From the NCBI RefSeq assembly GCF_056746865.1, contig NZ_CM163382.1: a DNA stretch of 64,000 nt. One strand, given 5' to 3'. Below are positions 36,509-50,238 of this stretch, in pieces. Every line of letters begins with the position of its first letter. The first letter of the stretch is position 1. The notes under the pieces were generated by a model. That model was not told the DNA's origin and ran no database searches. It worked only from the letters and a program-made list of their open reading frames with translations. The position numbers were made by a program, and so were the translations under genes.

Positions 36509-37407
36509 TTCACAACGGTAAGCGGCTGATGGTGGAAGATTTTTACCGTGTCAGCGGCAATACGCTCTGCAGCAAAAATACCGCGCATCCGCGCCCAGGT
36601 GTTACTGTCGACCGAAGCAACCTGCTGCTTCTGCGCGGCGGTTAACATCTGCCAGAGCGGATCTTGTTGCCAGCGTTTAACAATGCTCTCTTCGCGATAG
36701 TGGGCAACCAGCAGCCAGGCAGGATTGACCGCCAGCAGTTGCTCCAGGCCGATGGACGGCATGGACGCACCCGCCATCGCAGCGGGAACGTTCAGCCCCA
36801 GAGAGGCCAGCACGCTGCCGGTCCAGGTCTCCTGAGTATGCAGGTTGAATTGCTGTTCGCGTGATGTGCCAAAGGCCACGCGTGTCCCTTTGGGAAGCTG
36901 GCTGGCCCACTGCGCCATCCTCTCTTTATGTTGTTCCAGACGTGCCTGCATCTCTCGCTTTTTACCCACCATTTCGCCGATGATAGCCGCAGATTGCAAA
37001 TTTTCAGCGTAGGTTTCGTTGCGGGACTTAAGCAGCAGTACCGGCGCGATTTGCTGCAAGGCGATGTAAACCCCCGCATGGCGACTGCTGTCGGCAATGA
37101 TCAGGTCTGGTTTCAGAGCGGCAATGGCTTCCAGGCTCGGCTGCGCGCGCGTTCCGACGGACTGCCACGGTTTCAGGTGCGCACGCACTTCGGGCAGGAT
37201 GCGTTTTGCATCGTTATCGTCGGCAATACCGATCGGGATGACGTCCACGGCGGCCAGCGCATCGGCGAACGAGAGTTCCAGCACCACAATCCGTTGTGGC
37301 GTTTTTTCGAGTGTAAACGTGCCGTGTTCGTCCTGAACCGTGGCGGCAAAGGCGTGGCTGATCACCAGCAGCAGGCCTGCAAAAAGAAAACGGATAAATG
37401 CCAACAT
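36505..37407 (-). CDS. fecB: Ferric citrate periplasmic binding protein
   Basis: 300-aa product from MLAFIRFLFAGLLLVISHAFA (signal peptide); start 37413 also possible. Confidence 0.9.
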   Translation of the reverse strand: MLAFIRFLFAGLLLVISHAFAATVQDEHGTFTLEKTPQRIVVLELSFADALAAVDVIPIGIADDNDAKRILPEVRAHLKPWQSVGTRAQPSLEAIAALKPDLIIADSSRHAGVYIALQQIAPVLLLKSRNETYAENLQSAAIIGEMVGKKREMQARLEQHKERMAQWASQLPKGTRVAFGTSREQQFNLHTQETWTGSVLASLGLNVPAAMAGASMPSIGLEQLLAVNPAWLLVAHYREESIVKRWQQDPLWQMLTAAQKQQVASVDSNTWARMRGIFAAERIAADTVKIFHHQPLTVVK

Positions 37408-37451
37408 AATCACATTCCAGCTAAAAGCCCGGCAAGCCGGGCGTTAACACA

Positions 37452-40812
<3,361 letters not shown>

Positions 40813-40816
<4 letters not shown>

Positions 40817-41334
40817 AACCCATACTCCAGACGGAACAGCAGGCAGTGCTCGACGGCTTTCGCCACGTATTTTTTCACGGAGCTGATGGAAACACCGAGT
40901 TTGTGCGCAATCTCGCTGTATGTCAGACCATCCAGTTGCGAAAGCAGAAACGCTTCACGTGTTTTGCCGTTTAGCCCGTCCAGCATGCTGTCGAGGAGTT
41001 GTAGGGTCTCGAGTTGGCTTTCGCGTTCCTCAGGTGAAGGCGCTCCCCCCTCCGGCATAAGCGCCAGCATCTCCAGATACGCTTTTTCCAGCGCGTTTCG
41101 GCGAAACAGGTCCACCATCACGCGTTTGGCGATAGTGCAGAGGAAGGAGCGAGGATCGCGGATCGTCGAGAGCGTTTCGCTGACCATTACCCGCAAAAAA
41201 GTGTCCTGGGCAATGTCATCTGCATCAAAAGCAGACTGGAGTTTGCGCGTCAGCCAGCTTTTCAACCAGCCGTGATGTGTGCCATAAAGCGACTCGAACG
41301 TTAAGGAAGCTGTGGTAGTGGCGCGGTCAGACAT
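40813..41334 (-). CDS. fecI: ECF sigma factor FecI
   Basis: 173-aa sigma-70 region 2/4 protein (…[10 protein letters not shown]…, C-terminal HTH …[22 protein letters not shown]…). Confidence 0.95.
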
Positions 41335-41369
41335 GCGGAGTGCATCAAAAGTTAATTATCACGTAGTCA

Positions 41370-41400
41370 TATTAATATGAGAATGGTTATCATTACAATT
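41370..41400. promoter_or_regulatory. Putative Fur box in fecI promoter
   Basis: On minus strand TGTAATGATAACCATTCTC resembles Fur consensus GATAATGATAATCATTATC (about 14/19). Confidence 0.5.
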
Positions 41401-41625
41401 GGAAATAAAATTGTTTCCAATAGACATTTTTAACATGTTGTTTTTCTAAGTGTTATAAGGTAGGTATAAAATGGGATGGAGCCTCTGCTTCTGGCATGTG
41501 TCGGTCAGAATGACTCATGATGTGGTCTGCTATTATTGACATCCTCACTGCCCTAAAGGATGGGGATTTCGGTAATGCTGCCAACTTACTGATTTAGTGT
41601 ATGATGGTGATTTTAAGGTGCTTGC

Positions 41626-41901
41626 GTGGCTTCCATTTCCATCAGATGTCCTTCCTGCTCCGCTACTGAAGGCGTGGTGCGTAACGGCAAAAGCACTGCC
41701 GGACATCAGCGCTATCTCTGCTCTCCTTGCCGTAAAACATGGCAACTACAGTTCACTTACACCGCCTCTCAGCCCGGTAAGCACCAGAAAATCATTGATA
41801 TGGCCATGAATGGCGTCGGATGTCGCGCCAGTGCACGCATTATGGGCGTTGGCCTCAACACGGTTTTACGTCACTTAAAAAACTCAGGCCGCAGTCGGTA
41901 A
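41626..41901 (+). CDS. insA: IS1 InsA (zinc-finger/HTH repressor)
   Basis: 91-aa [26 protein letters not shown]... Confidence 0.85.
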   Translation: MASISIRCPSCSATEGVVRNGKSTAGHQRYLCSPCRKTWQLQFTYTASQPGKHQKIIDMAMNGVGCRASARIMGVGLNTVLRHLKNSGRSR

Positions 41902-42323
41902 CCTCGCGCATACAACCGGGCAGTGATGTGATTGTCTGCGCTGAAATGGACGAACAGTGGGGCTACGTCGGTGCTAAATCACGTCAGCGCTGGCTGTTTT
42001 ACGCGTATGACAGGATACGGAGGACGGTTGTGGCGCACGTCTTCGGTGAACGCACTCTGGCCACACTGGAGCGTCTTCTGAGCCTGCTGTCGGCCTTTGA
42101 GGTCGTGGTATAGATGACGGATGGCTGGCCGCTGTATGAATCACGCCTGAAGGGAAAGCTGCACGTTATCAGCAAGCGTTACACTCAGCGCATTGAGCGA
42201 CATAATCTGAATCTGAGACAACATCTGGCAAGGCTGGGACGGAAGTTACTGTCGTTCTCAAAATCGGTGGAGTTGCATGACAAGGTCATCGGGCATTATC
42301 TGAACATAAAACACTATCAGTAA
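41820..42323 (+). pseudogene. insB: IS1 InsB frame interrupted by an in-frame TAG (42111-42113)
   Basis: Track splits InsB into 41820-42113 and 42114-42323; ...[20 protein letters not shown]... where canonical InsB has ...VVIWMTDGW. Confidence 0.75.
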
Positions 42324-42406
42324 GTTGGAGTCATTACCTCCTCCCGAACTCAAAGCTATCATACAGATAATTACTGGTTAACCCTATATAGGGCATTTTA
42401 AAGTGT

Positions 42407-42800
42407 TGTGATCTTACCCAGCAATAGTGGACACGCGGCTAAGTGAGTAAACTCTCAGTCAGAGGTGACTCACAAGACAAAACAGTTTCAACCAGTAAAA
42501 AAACGTAAACACCATTCGCATGAATTTCGTAGTTAAGATCTGAAGCTTGCAGAATGCATCGGTGTTACTGCCGGAGTCCGTGAACTTAGTCTGCATGAAT
42601 CACCACAGCTTTACATCTGTCGCAGTAAACAGCAAAATCAGCAAACTTACTTAATTATATCGAGTGCGATTACAATCGCTGGCGATGGTACAGTTGGTGT
42701 GGCGGTCTCAGTCCGGAACAATTTGAAAATCAGAATCTCACTTAAAACGGCATCCATTTTACAAAAGATGGCCGTCTGTGTATTTGTAATGAATACCTTC
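42407..42800 (+). pseudogene. Degenerate IS3 left end and orfA remnant
   Basis: TGATCTTACCCAGCAATAGTGGACACGCGGCTAAGTGAGTAAACTCTCAGTCAGAGGTGACTCAC matches IS3 terminus; start codon position reads AAG and frame has stops. Confidence 0.6.
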
Positions 42801-43084
42801 TACATGTTTAGAGTGCATAATCCACGACAAGGCGATATCCTAAAAATTAGCTAGCAGGCAACTTTGATGGCATAGATAATGTTTTTAGTAAAAAAGAGTT
42901 GACTGAATATAATACAGCCTCTTCCTACATAAGAAGGAATGTGCTCACAAAAAAAAACCATTAGTCTGCTTCCTGTTCTTACAATAATCAGTATTATGTA
43001 TTTTATTTATATAGCAAAATATGCTTGTTACACCTGTCATAATTAGGCATGGTAAAATTATTGACTGAACCCTGGGGGAGAAAG

Positions 43085-43342
43085 ATGCACAGTGATTATT
43101 ATAATATGATTTTTGGTGAAAAATTGGCCAATATTTTATATGAAGCTAACTCTCAATTTTTTTACGAGAGAAATGTCATAGAAGAGGCAGTCAACGCTTT
43201 ATTCTGTGAGCGTGAAATAATAAACAACAAGAACATAATAAAGAAGCTGATGTTCTTTTTGTCAGATGTTAATCACACCAAGAAAGATGTTGTTCAGAGC
43301 GCACTTAATATTATCATTGACATTACATCAGGTGATATTTGA
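43085..43342 (+). CDS. Small hypothetical protein (85 aa) in AT-rich DNA
   Basis: ATG 8 nt after GGGGGAGAAAG RBS; N/I/K-rich product; no recognisable domain. Confidence 0.35.
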   Translation: MHSDYYNMIFGEKLANILYEANSQFFYERNVIEEAVNALFCEREIINNKNIIKKLMFFLSDVNHTKKDVVQSALNIIIDITSGDI

Positions 43343-43499
43343 GATTTTACATAAAAGATAATCTCTCAAGGAGTCTTATCTGAAAACGAAATATATAGTC
43401 CCTCTCGTTTTGTAATATCGATTGGCTTTGTTGAATCGGTTACGTACCCCGGAGCCGGTCATATTTTCAGGTAATACACACGCTTTCAGACATTTCGGC

Positions 43500-43800
43500 T
43501 TTCGTCATTTTTGTATCATGGGCATAGCTTCTGCTACCTGACCATCATAATCACGCAGCTTCAGTGAAGCAGTGACCACCTGTTTAACCCGGTGTATCGT
43601 TATGATCTTATCCAGCAATTGAACCGCCCCGGGTTTCCTGGAGAGTGTTTTATCTGTGAACTCAGGCTGCCAGATCATCGTTTCCGATGGAAGCATAATA
43701 AGCTTTTTCTGCTTCTGCCGGTGGGATATGGCCCTGCCTTTCCAGCAATCGTCGATTGTTATACCAGTCCACCCACGTGAGTGTGGTCAGCTCATCATAC
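43500..43800 (-). pseudogene. 3' fragment of an IS3-family orfB transposase
   Basis: Minus-strand translation ...ELTTLTWVDWYNNRRLLERQGHIPPAEAEKAYYASIGNDDLAA-stop (stop at 43663). Confidence 0.5.
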
Positions 43801-44074
43801 TGACACGTGCATTACCCCTACCGCGATAATGCAACCGTACAATATAGGGCGTTTCCTAAACGCAGCCCTCATCACTCCAATCCAACAAGACACAGCATTT
43901 TTGATCACGAAGAAAGACAAATAATTTCCGTAAATGTTTCCGTTATTACAAATAACAACAGTGTTTTACATTTCTTTGGCCTCAGGCCCGCGCATGTTGC
44001 CATTCGATGTCATTTTCCTGACTCGTTTCTTCTTTATGGTGTAGTGTGATCTTCACTTTATGGATGCTAACAAT

Positions 44075-45433
44075 ATGAAAAGAAAAATTATTCCCGTGCT
44101 AATCGGTTGTACGCTCTCTTTCTCTGCCCTGGCGGCACAACCTACGGCTGAGCGCTATGTCGTCAGTTTTCCAGAAGGCACGCACGTGAACTACGCCGGC
44201 GCATTTGCCAGTGCATTCCCGAACGGCCTTCCGGTTGGGATAGGTTCTGGCCTGCTGTTCACCGGTAAACAGGGCGATGCCCTGACATTCGCAACCATTA
44301 CCGATCGCGGTCCGAACGCGGATTCACCGAAAGAGGGGAAAAACGAAACTAAAATTTTCGTTACGCCAGATTTCGCGCCGCTGCTGATGACGATTCGTGT
44401 ACAAAACGGCAAAGCGGAGGCCATCGATCCCCGTCCTCTGCATGACGATAAAGGCGCGATCAACGGTCTGCCGCTGGCAAGCGACGTGATTGGCTCCACC
44501 AATGAAGTGGCCTTCAGCGACACGTTACATAGACTGAAGGGGGATAATCGCGGGCTGGATACGGAAGGGATCACTCCGGATGGTAAAGGAGGTTACTGGC
44601 TGTGCGATGAGTATGGCCCGTTCCTGATTAACATCGACAGTAAAGGGAAAATCCTGGCAATCCACGGTCCGCAGGCGGCGGAAGGGGAAAAAGCGATTGC
44701 GGGCGGTTTGCCAAATATCCTCAAATGGCGTCAGGCGAACCGCGGCTTTGAAGGCCTCACCCGTATGCCGGACGGGCGTATTATTGTCGCCGTGCAAAGT
44801 ACGCTGGATATCGACGCTAAGAGCAAGAAAAAGGCGCTGTTTACGCGTCTGGTGAGCTTCGATCCGGCAAGCGGAAAAACCGCGATGTACGGTTATCCTA
44901 TCGACAGCGCGGCCTACAGCAAAAACAGCGACGCTAAAATCGGAGACATCGTGGCGCTCGATAACCAGCACATCCTGCTGATCGAACAGGGAAGAGATAA
45001 AAACAACAGAATGCGTAACCTGATTTACGAGGTCGATCTCAATAAGGCGAGCGACCTGTCAGGCTTCGACAAGCCGGGTGAGTATCCGGAGTTTGATGAT
45101 GAGAAAACCCTGTCACAGCGCGGCATTACCCTTGCGCAGAAAACGCAGGTTGTTGATCTGCGCTCCTTGGGCTGGCAGCAGGAGAAGGCTGAAGGGTTGG
45201 CGCTGATCGACAGCAAAACGCTGGCGGTGGCGAACGATAACGACTTTGGCGTGAAGGTGGCGATGCAACATCCGGTCGAGGGCAAGACATTCAAGGATTA
45301 TCGGGTGAACGCGGAAGGAAAGCTGACGCTTGACGACAAGCAGGTTGAAACGACCCTCAGAGTGAAGCCACTGGAGAAACCGGAGTCTGACAGTGAACTG
45401 TGGATTGTGACGCTGCCGGAAGCGTTGAAATAA
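44075..45433 (+). CDS. Secreted protein, phytase-like / esterase-like beta-propeller family (tentative)
   Basis: Signal peptide MKRKIIPVLIGCTLSFSALAAQP; 452-aa product; family call from overall pattern only. Confidence 0.45.
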   Translation: MKRKIIPVLIGCTLSFSALAAQPTAERYVVSFPEGTHVNYAGAFASAFPNGLPVGIGSGLLFTGKQGDALTFATITDRGPNADSPKEGKNETKIFVTPDFAPLLMTIRVQNGKAEAIDPRPLHDDKGAINGLPLASDVIGSTNEVAFSDTLHRLKGDNRGLDTEGITPDGKGGYWLCDEYGPFLINIDSKGKILAIHGPQAAEGEKAIAGGLPNILKWRQANRGFEGLTRMPDGRIIVAVQSTLDIDAKSKKKALFTRLVSFDPASGKTAMYGYPIDSAAYSKNSDAKIGDIVALDNQHILLIEQGRDKNNRMRNLIYEVDLNKASDLSGFDKPGEYPEFDDEKTLSQRGITLAQKTQVVDLRSLGWQQEKAEGLALIDSKTLAVANDNDFGVKVAMQHPVEGKTFKDYRVNAEGKLTLDDKQVETTLRVKPLEKPESDSELWIVTLPEALK

Positions 45434-45671
45434 GTTTATAAGGTACGGACAGCAGTATCGCTTAGTTTTTCAAATTCATGTATGTGAACAATATTGGGGT
45501 TCCGGCGTAGACCCCCAATGAAAGCGTCACCACGTGAAAACATGCCTGCACGGTTTACACGTCATCCCATGGTGGCAGCCGGTTAACTTTCCTGCGCCAC
45601 CAGTGGAAAAAGGCCATAAGCAGTCCGAACAAAAGTAAGCGTACAGCGAGGGCCGTATTGACGGGGATGTG

Positions 45672-47057
45672 TTATTCAGCTGGCAGTGCTATGCGCCACG
45701 GAAGCAGTTCGCTGACCCGGTTGACCGGCCAGTCTGCTATGACGCCAAGCACATGGCGAAGGTAGCTTTCTGGATCCACGTCATTCAGTTTGCACGTCCC
45801 GATCAGGCTGTACAGTAGCGCTCCCCGCTCACCACCATGGCCAGAGCCGAAGAACAGGGTCTTCATCTTTTCACGCAACCAGCTTTCCAGGGATTTCAAC
45901 AGCGGTTTCGTTTTTCGCTGACGTTCAGCAAGCCGCTGCTCTGCCGGCATTCCCCTTATATCCGCCTCTATGGCGTACAACTGACCGATCTGCTCTAGGG
46001 CTTCTTCCGTCAGTGCTGACGGGATGCGGACGTGCACATCGTGGATCTTTCGGCGGGCATGAGCCCAGCAGGCAGCTTCCGTTATCCCACCATTGCGATA
46101 CAGCTCGTTGAACCCGGCGTACGCATCCGCTTGCAGCACACCGCTGAAGCAAGCAAGATGAGTCTGCGGATGGATGCCTTTTCTGTCCGGGCTGTAAGCG
46201 AACCACACTGCAGGTGCCAACGCTGACCCGGCATTGCGGTCATCACGAACATACGCCCACAACCGCCCGGTCTTCGTCTTCTTATTACCCGGCAGCAGTA
46301 CCTGGACCGGGGTATCATCGGCATGGAGTTTGCCGTCAGTCATGACATAGCCATGAAGCGCCTCTTCCAGCGGAGACAGCAGCCGGCAGCATGCATCCAC
46401 CCAGCCCGACAGCAGTGAACGGCTCAGCTCCACACCTTGCCGGCCGTATATTTCTGACTGGCAATACAGCGGGGTGTGCTCTGCATACTTCGAGGTCAGC
46501 ACGCGGGCCAGCAGCCCCGGTCCGGCGATACCCCGCTCGATGGGCCGCGAAGGTGCAGGTGCCTGCACGATGGCATCGCACTGAGTACAGGCATGTTTTT
46601 CCCGTACCGTCCGGATAACCCGGAAGGCGCTACGCATCAACTCCAGCTGTTCGGCGGTATCCTCGCCCAGATAGCTCAGTGAACCGCCGCAGTTCGGGCA
46701 GCACGGCGCCGCAGGCAACAGTCGCTTTTCGTCACGGGGTAGTGATTCAGGGAACGGCTTACGGGTGCGGGTCTGACGCAACGGACGCTGTACTGCCGGG
46801 TCATACACCCTACCAGTCAGCGTATCGCTCTCTTTCTGAAGCCGGTTCAGATCGGCTTCCATTTGTGCGATACGGCGGGAGACTTTTTCGGAACGACTGC
46901 CGAAGTTCATCCGGCGGAGTTTATCCAGCTGCGCCTGCAGATGGTCTATTTCGCGCTCCCGGTTGCTCAGCTTTTCCTGCAGGGCGTGGATCAGCGCTTC
47001 CTGTTCGGCCAGGCGCTGTTTTAGCAGGAAGATGTCGTCAGAAGAGATGTCGTTCAT
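45672..47057 (-). CDS. IS66-family transposase TnpC (orf3)
   Basis: 461-aa ORF; N-terminal leucine zipper, zinc motif CPNCGG...CTQCD, C-terminal ...[19 protein letters not shown]... Confidence 0.85.
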   Translation of the reverse strand: MNDISSDDIFLLKQRLAEQEALIHALQEKLSNREREIDHLQAQLDKLRRMNFGSRSEKVSRRIAQMEADLNRLQKESDTLTGRVYDPAVQRPLRQTRTRKPFPESLPRDEKRLLPAAPCCPNCGGSLSYLGEDTAEQLELMRSAFRVIRTVREKHACTQCDAIVQAPAPSRPIERGIAGPGLLARVLTSKYAEHTPLYCQSEIYGRQGVELSRSLLSGWVDACCRLLSPLEEALHGYVMTDGKLHADDTPVQVLLPGNKKTKTGRLWAYVRDDRNAGSALAPAVWFAYSPDRKGIHPQTHLACFSGVLQADAYAGFNELYRNGGITEAACWAHARRKIHDVHVRIPSALTEEALEQIGQLYAIEADIRGMPAEQRLAERQRKTKPLLKSLESWLREKMKTLFFGSGHGGERGALLYSLIGTCKLNDVDPESYLRHVLGVIADWPVNRVSELLPWRIALPAE

Positions 47058-47106
47058 AAGCCCGTATTTTACCGGGCTTATTCTGTGACAACCAGGATAA
47101 AGAGAT

Positions 47107-47454
47107 TTACAGCATGGTCAGGGAGGTCAGCAGCCGCTTGGGCTGTCGCCAGTCGATACCTTCCAGCAGCATCGCCAGCTGCGCCTGCGTAAGGAACACT
47201 TTGCCATCACGGGCTGACGGCCAGGCGAAGCGCCCACGCTCCAGCCGTTTGGTCAGGAGGCACAGTCCGTCACCGGTGGACCACAGCAGTTTAACCTGAC
47301 TGCCGCTGCGGCCCCGGAAAATGAAAACATGGCCGGACATGGGATCGTCTTTCAGCGCCGTTTGTACTTTCGCAGCCAGGCCGTTGAAGCCATTTCTCAT
47401 ATCGGTGATACCGGCAACCAGCCAAATTTTGGTCCCGGAAGGTAACGGGATCAT
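47107..47454 (-). CDS. IS66-family TnpB (orf2)
   Basis: 115-aa [30 protein letters not shown]...; 4-bp overlap with orf1. Confidence 0.85.
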   Translation of the reverse strand: MIPLPSGTKIWLVAGITDMRNGFNGLAAKVQTALKDDPMSGHVFIFRGRSGSQVKLLWSTGDGLCLLTKRLERGRFAWPSARDGKVFLTQAQLAMLLEGIDWRQPKRLLTSLTML

Positions 47455-47852
47455 CGCTTCAGTTCCTGTATCAGCAGAGTCAGGAGCTTTTCGCTGACAT
47501 TGCCATTGAAGCGGAGCGTCCCGTGCCGGAACGTTACCTCACAGCTGATACTGAGGGTTTCCGGGTCCTCTGCGAGCGATTCTGGCTGTTCGGCAGCTGC
47601 ATCGAGAGTCACAGGAAGTAGCTGGGGGCTCTCTGAAGAAGGTAATAGCAGCTTTCCCTCGCGCCATTGTTGTCGCCATTTGAACAACAGATTGGCGTTA
47701 ATGCCATTTTCAAGAGCAAGTTTTGAGATGGATATCCCGGGTTCACAGGAGGCAGCAACGAGCAGCTGTTTAAATTCGGGAGGATAATTAGGGCAGCCTT
47801 TTCGCCTGCCGGGAGTCACATTTTTCTGCATATCTGACACTTTGGTTCCCAC
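47451..47852 (-). CDS. IS66-family TnpA (orf1, HTH)
   Basis: 133-aa ORF ...YPPEFKQLLVAASCEPGISISKLALENGINANLLFKWRQQ... Confidence 0.8.
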   Translation of the reverse strand: MGTKVSDMQKNVTPGRRKGCPNYPPEFKQLLVAASCEPGISISKLALENGINANLLFKWRQQWREGKLLLPSSESPQLLPVTLDAAAEQPESLAEDPETLSISCEVTFRHGTLRFNGNVSEKLLTLLIQELKR

Positions 47853-48185
47853 TACTTATTTGGTGGACACCACTTTGTCTAATTCGTCAGATTCTGACCA
47901 GACGGTTCAGGCTGTACGCTTACCACTATTTTATCCCTGTTGAATTTGGTTAAGCCGGTGCAGACGCGCCGGGAAACGCACACCTGAACCGGTACAATAA
48001 AATACAATACAACCCCCTGTTACTGGAGATACGAATGGAATGACGAGGCAGCCTGTCAGTCACAGGGGGCTGTTGGCATAAAATCAATGGAAAGGCCACC
48101 AACACCGGAATTAAGCTCCACAGTCCCCGCACTGGCAATCCATTCCCGGGAAAGGCATCACCGCAAACTGCTCCGGAGGCAACCA

Positions 48186-48620
48186 TTACAGCCTCTGTAA
48201 CGGATTATCAGCCCTGGCATCTTCCGACGGCACCTCCTGCCGCCCCCACGCCCTGCTGTATACCCCGGTACCGCAGCGTGGGCAGCACTTTTCCCCCTCA
48301 TAATCTTCGTCACACATCACACAAAACCACTTTCTCACCTTCACCGTATAATCCGGAACCGTCATGCCCTGCAGATGCAAACGACGGGCCTCTTTCTCTG
48401 CCGGGTCAAGCCAGGTACATCGCAGCAGGATTTTTTCAGCGACAGTCATCTGGTCATGTTCAAACCACGGTGGTTGTCCGTCATTGCCCCGCTGAAGTGT
48501 TAACGGGCATCCACAGGACACACAGCACAAAACGTCCTGTCGGTTGTGCTTCGCAGCTTCTTTCGCCGTAACAAAATGGCCTTTGCTGTCATTCGCCATA
48601 TAACAGTTCAGAATTCGCAT
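48186..48620 (-). CDS. Hypothetical zinc-ribbon protein (paralog B, about 144 aa from MRILNCYMAND)
   Basis: Cys clusters CCVSCGC and CVMCDEDYEGEKCCPRCGTG; shared PWFEH motif with upstream paralog. Confidence 0.5.
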   Translation of the reverse strand: MRILNCYMANDSKGHFVTAKEAAKHNRQDVLCCVSCGCPLTLQRGNDGQPPWFEHDQMTVAEKILLRCTWLDPAEKEARRLHLQGMTVPDYTVKVRKWFCVMCDEDYEGEKCCPRCGTGVYSRAWGRQEVPSEDARADNPLQRL

Positions 48621-49015
48621 ATTTCCTCCTGAGTTGTCCGGGGAATACTGAATCCTCCGGTCTGGCAGTGTGTGCAGTACTGCTCCCCATAATAATCGTG
48701 GTGACATTGTCTGCAGTGCCAGCTGGCTTTACGCACCACGGGTAAGGCATCCGGTACGAATTGCTGCAGACGTTTAATCAACTGTATTTCTCTGCGCTCC
48801 GGCCTGACATAAGGGCACTGTTGACCGTGCTCTGTCAGCCTGTCGTCAGTGTGTTCAAACCAGGGAAGTTCAGTGTCGTATTGCGGATGGTATCTGAGTG
48901 CACTGCCACACAAGTGGCAGGTGTAGTGAGCATAAGGTGCGGCCTGTGCAGTACGGGCGCCCGTCAGACGTCCGTTGCCATCAAGAGCGATAAAGGATTT
49001 TGCGTACATAGTCAT
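48608..49015 (-). CDS. Hypothetical zinc-ribbon protein (paralog A, 135 aa)
   Basis: CHLCGS...PWFEH...CRQCHHDYYGEQYCTHCQTG; same motif order as paralog B. Confidence 0.5.
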   Translation of the reverse strand: MTMYAKSFIALDGNGRLTGARTAQAAPYAHYTCHLCGSALRYHPQYDTELPWFEHTDDRLTEHGQQCPYVRPERREIQLIKRLQQFVPDALPVVRKASWHCRQCHHDYYGEQYCTHCQTGGFSIPRTTQEEICEF

Positions 49016-49268
49016 ATTCCTTAGCCGCCAGACGACACGCAGGCAACAGCCGTCCCGGTACGGGCAGCGTGGTCAGGGTGTGAATGGCGGTTCAGTTAAA
49101 ATCTGGACTGGAGTTTGGGTAAAGCAGGCTGGTTGCTGTTACAGCACTGTGGTTGTCACACAATGGAACACTGACGTAAAAAACAGTCAGTGGGCGAGTG
49201 GATACATCGTTGCCGCCAGACAACAACCCATACTTTTGGTTTGCCGGATATTGGCGCGCCAGTCGTGC

Positions 49269-49838
49269 TCAACTCCGGCTACAGCCAAAATTGCGCTCAC
49301 CGGTGCAGTGAGCTTTGGTATACTCCTTCGCCAGATAGTCAGCACGTTCCAGCACTTGCTGAAAGCCGGTGTCATCATTACGCGCCAGCCACACCGCCGG
49401 CCAGGCCGGAAAATGCACCAGCGTGGCATGGCACCCGACATCCACTCCCAGGGCACTGCACCACGCCTGTTTAATCATCCCGGCCAGAGACTCCGGAGCG
49501 CGGTAATCACCGGCACGACACCAGGTATCCCGGTTGACCAGCAGCATCAGGTGATAGTGTTTTTTACCTTTGCACTCCCCAAACTCCCGGGCCCAGACGT
49601 AATGCAGGGTTGTGGGATGCACGCGTTTACCTTCCCGATGCTTACGTTTCTGGTAAGCGTCGATTCGGGCTTTCAGGGCATTGATGAAGCGGGATATCAC
49701 AGCTGCGTCCGTTGCTGCCGGTACATCCGGGAAACGCAGGTCAACCCGCAATGCCGTCAGGCGGGGATGAACATTCAGTGCGTGCCGCACCGTCTCACGA
49801 ATACGTTGCTGCCAGAAGGGGTTGTATTTGTAGGTCAT
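49269..49838 (-). CDS. Hypothetical protein, possibly YagK/YfjJ (inovirus Gp2-like) family
   Basis: 189-aa product from MTYKYNPFWQQRIRETV..., GGAG RBS 10 nt upstream; family assignment from memory; alternative start 49874. Confidence 0.45.
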   Translation of the reverse strand: MTYKYNPFWQQRIRETVRHALNVHPRLTALRVDLRFPDVPAATDAAVISRFINALKARIDAYQKRKHREGKRVHPTTLHYVWAREFGECKGKKHYHLMLLVNRDTWCRAGDYRAPESLAGMIKQAWCSALGVDVGCHATLVHFPAWPAVWLARNDDTGFQQVLERADYLAKEYTKAHCTGERNFGCSRS

Positions 49839-50034
49839 GGTTAAATCTCCGTATGGTTCATACGGAATAGCCACGTCGTAAAAAATGCGCAGAGTCCCTG
49901 AAGTGACCTCCGGCAGGACACTGTCTCAGGCACTCTGTGATAACCCGAACGGTCGTCTCCGGACTGACGGTTGAATTTTCAGCGTTGTTTTTTTAATGTA
50001 AAAAACCGGTTACGGGTAAGGCTGTGAGGAGGGA

Positions 50035-50238
50035 GTGATGGTGATACGCAAAAAGAAGTGCAGGGACTGTGGAAACGCGATTACTCATAATACAGTGTGT
50101 TGCCCGTATTGTGGTTCTGTCGACCCCTTCGGCTATTACCGGAATACAGACCGTATCGTTACCATACTGCTGGCACTGATTATTGTGGTCCTGCTGACTA
50201 CTGTCAGCGTCAGTGTGTATATACTGTGTAGCTGGTGA
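50035..50238 (+). CDS. Small zinc-ribbon protein with C-terminal transmembrane helix (67 aa)
   Basis: CRDCGN...CCPYCGS followed by hydrophobic IVTILLALIIVVLLTTVSVSVYIL. Confidence 0.4.
   Translation: MMVIRKKKCRDCGNAITHNTVCCPYCGSVDPFGYYRNTDRIVTILLALIIVVLLTTVSVSVYILCSW

Larger units (their letters stand above)
41571..42338 (+). mobile_element. IS1 (768 bp), no target duplication
   Basis: Ends GGTAATGCTGCCAACTTACTGAT... and ...ATCAGTAAGTTGGAGTCATTACC; insA/insB arrangement. Confidence 0.9.
45635..47923 (-). mobile_element. IS66-family element with three ORFs
   Basis: Terminal inverted repeat GTAAGCGTACAGC at both ends; orf1-orf2-orf3 organisation. Confidence 0.75.

Noticed and set aside
46032-47059. 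Plus-strand ORFs inside the IS66 tnpC gene
   Set aside because: Antisense shadow ORFs in GC-rich transposase sequence.
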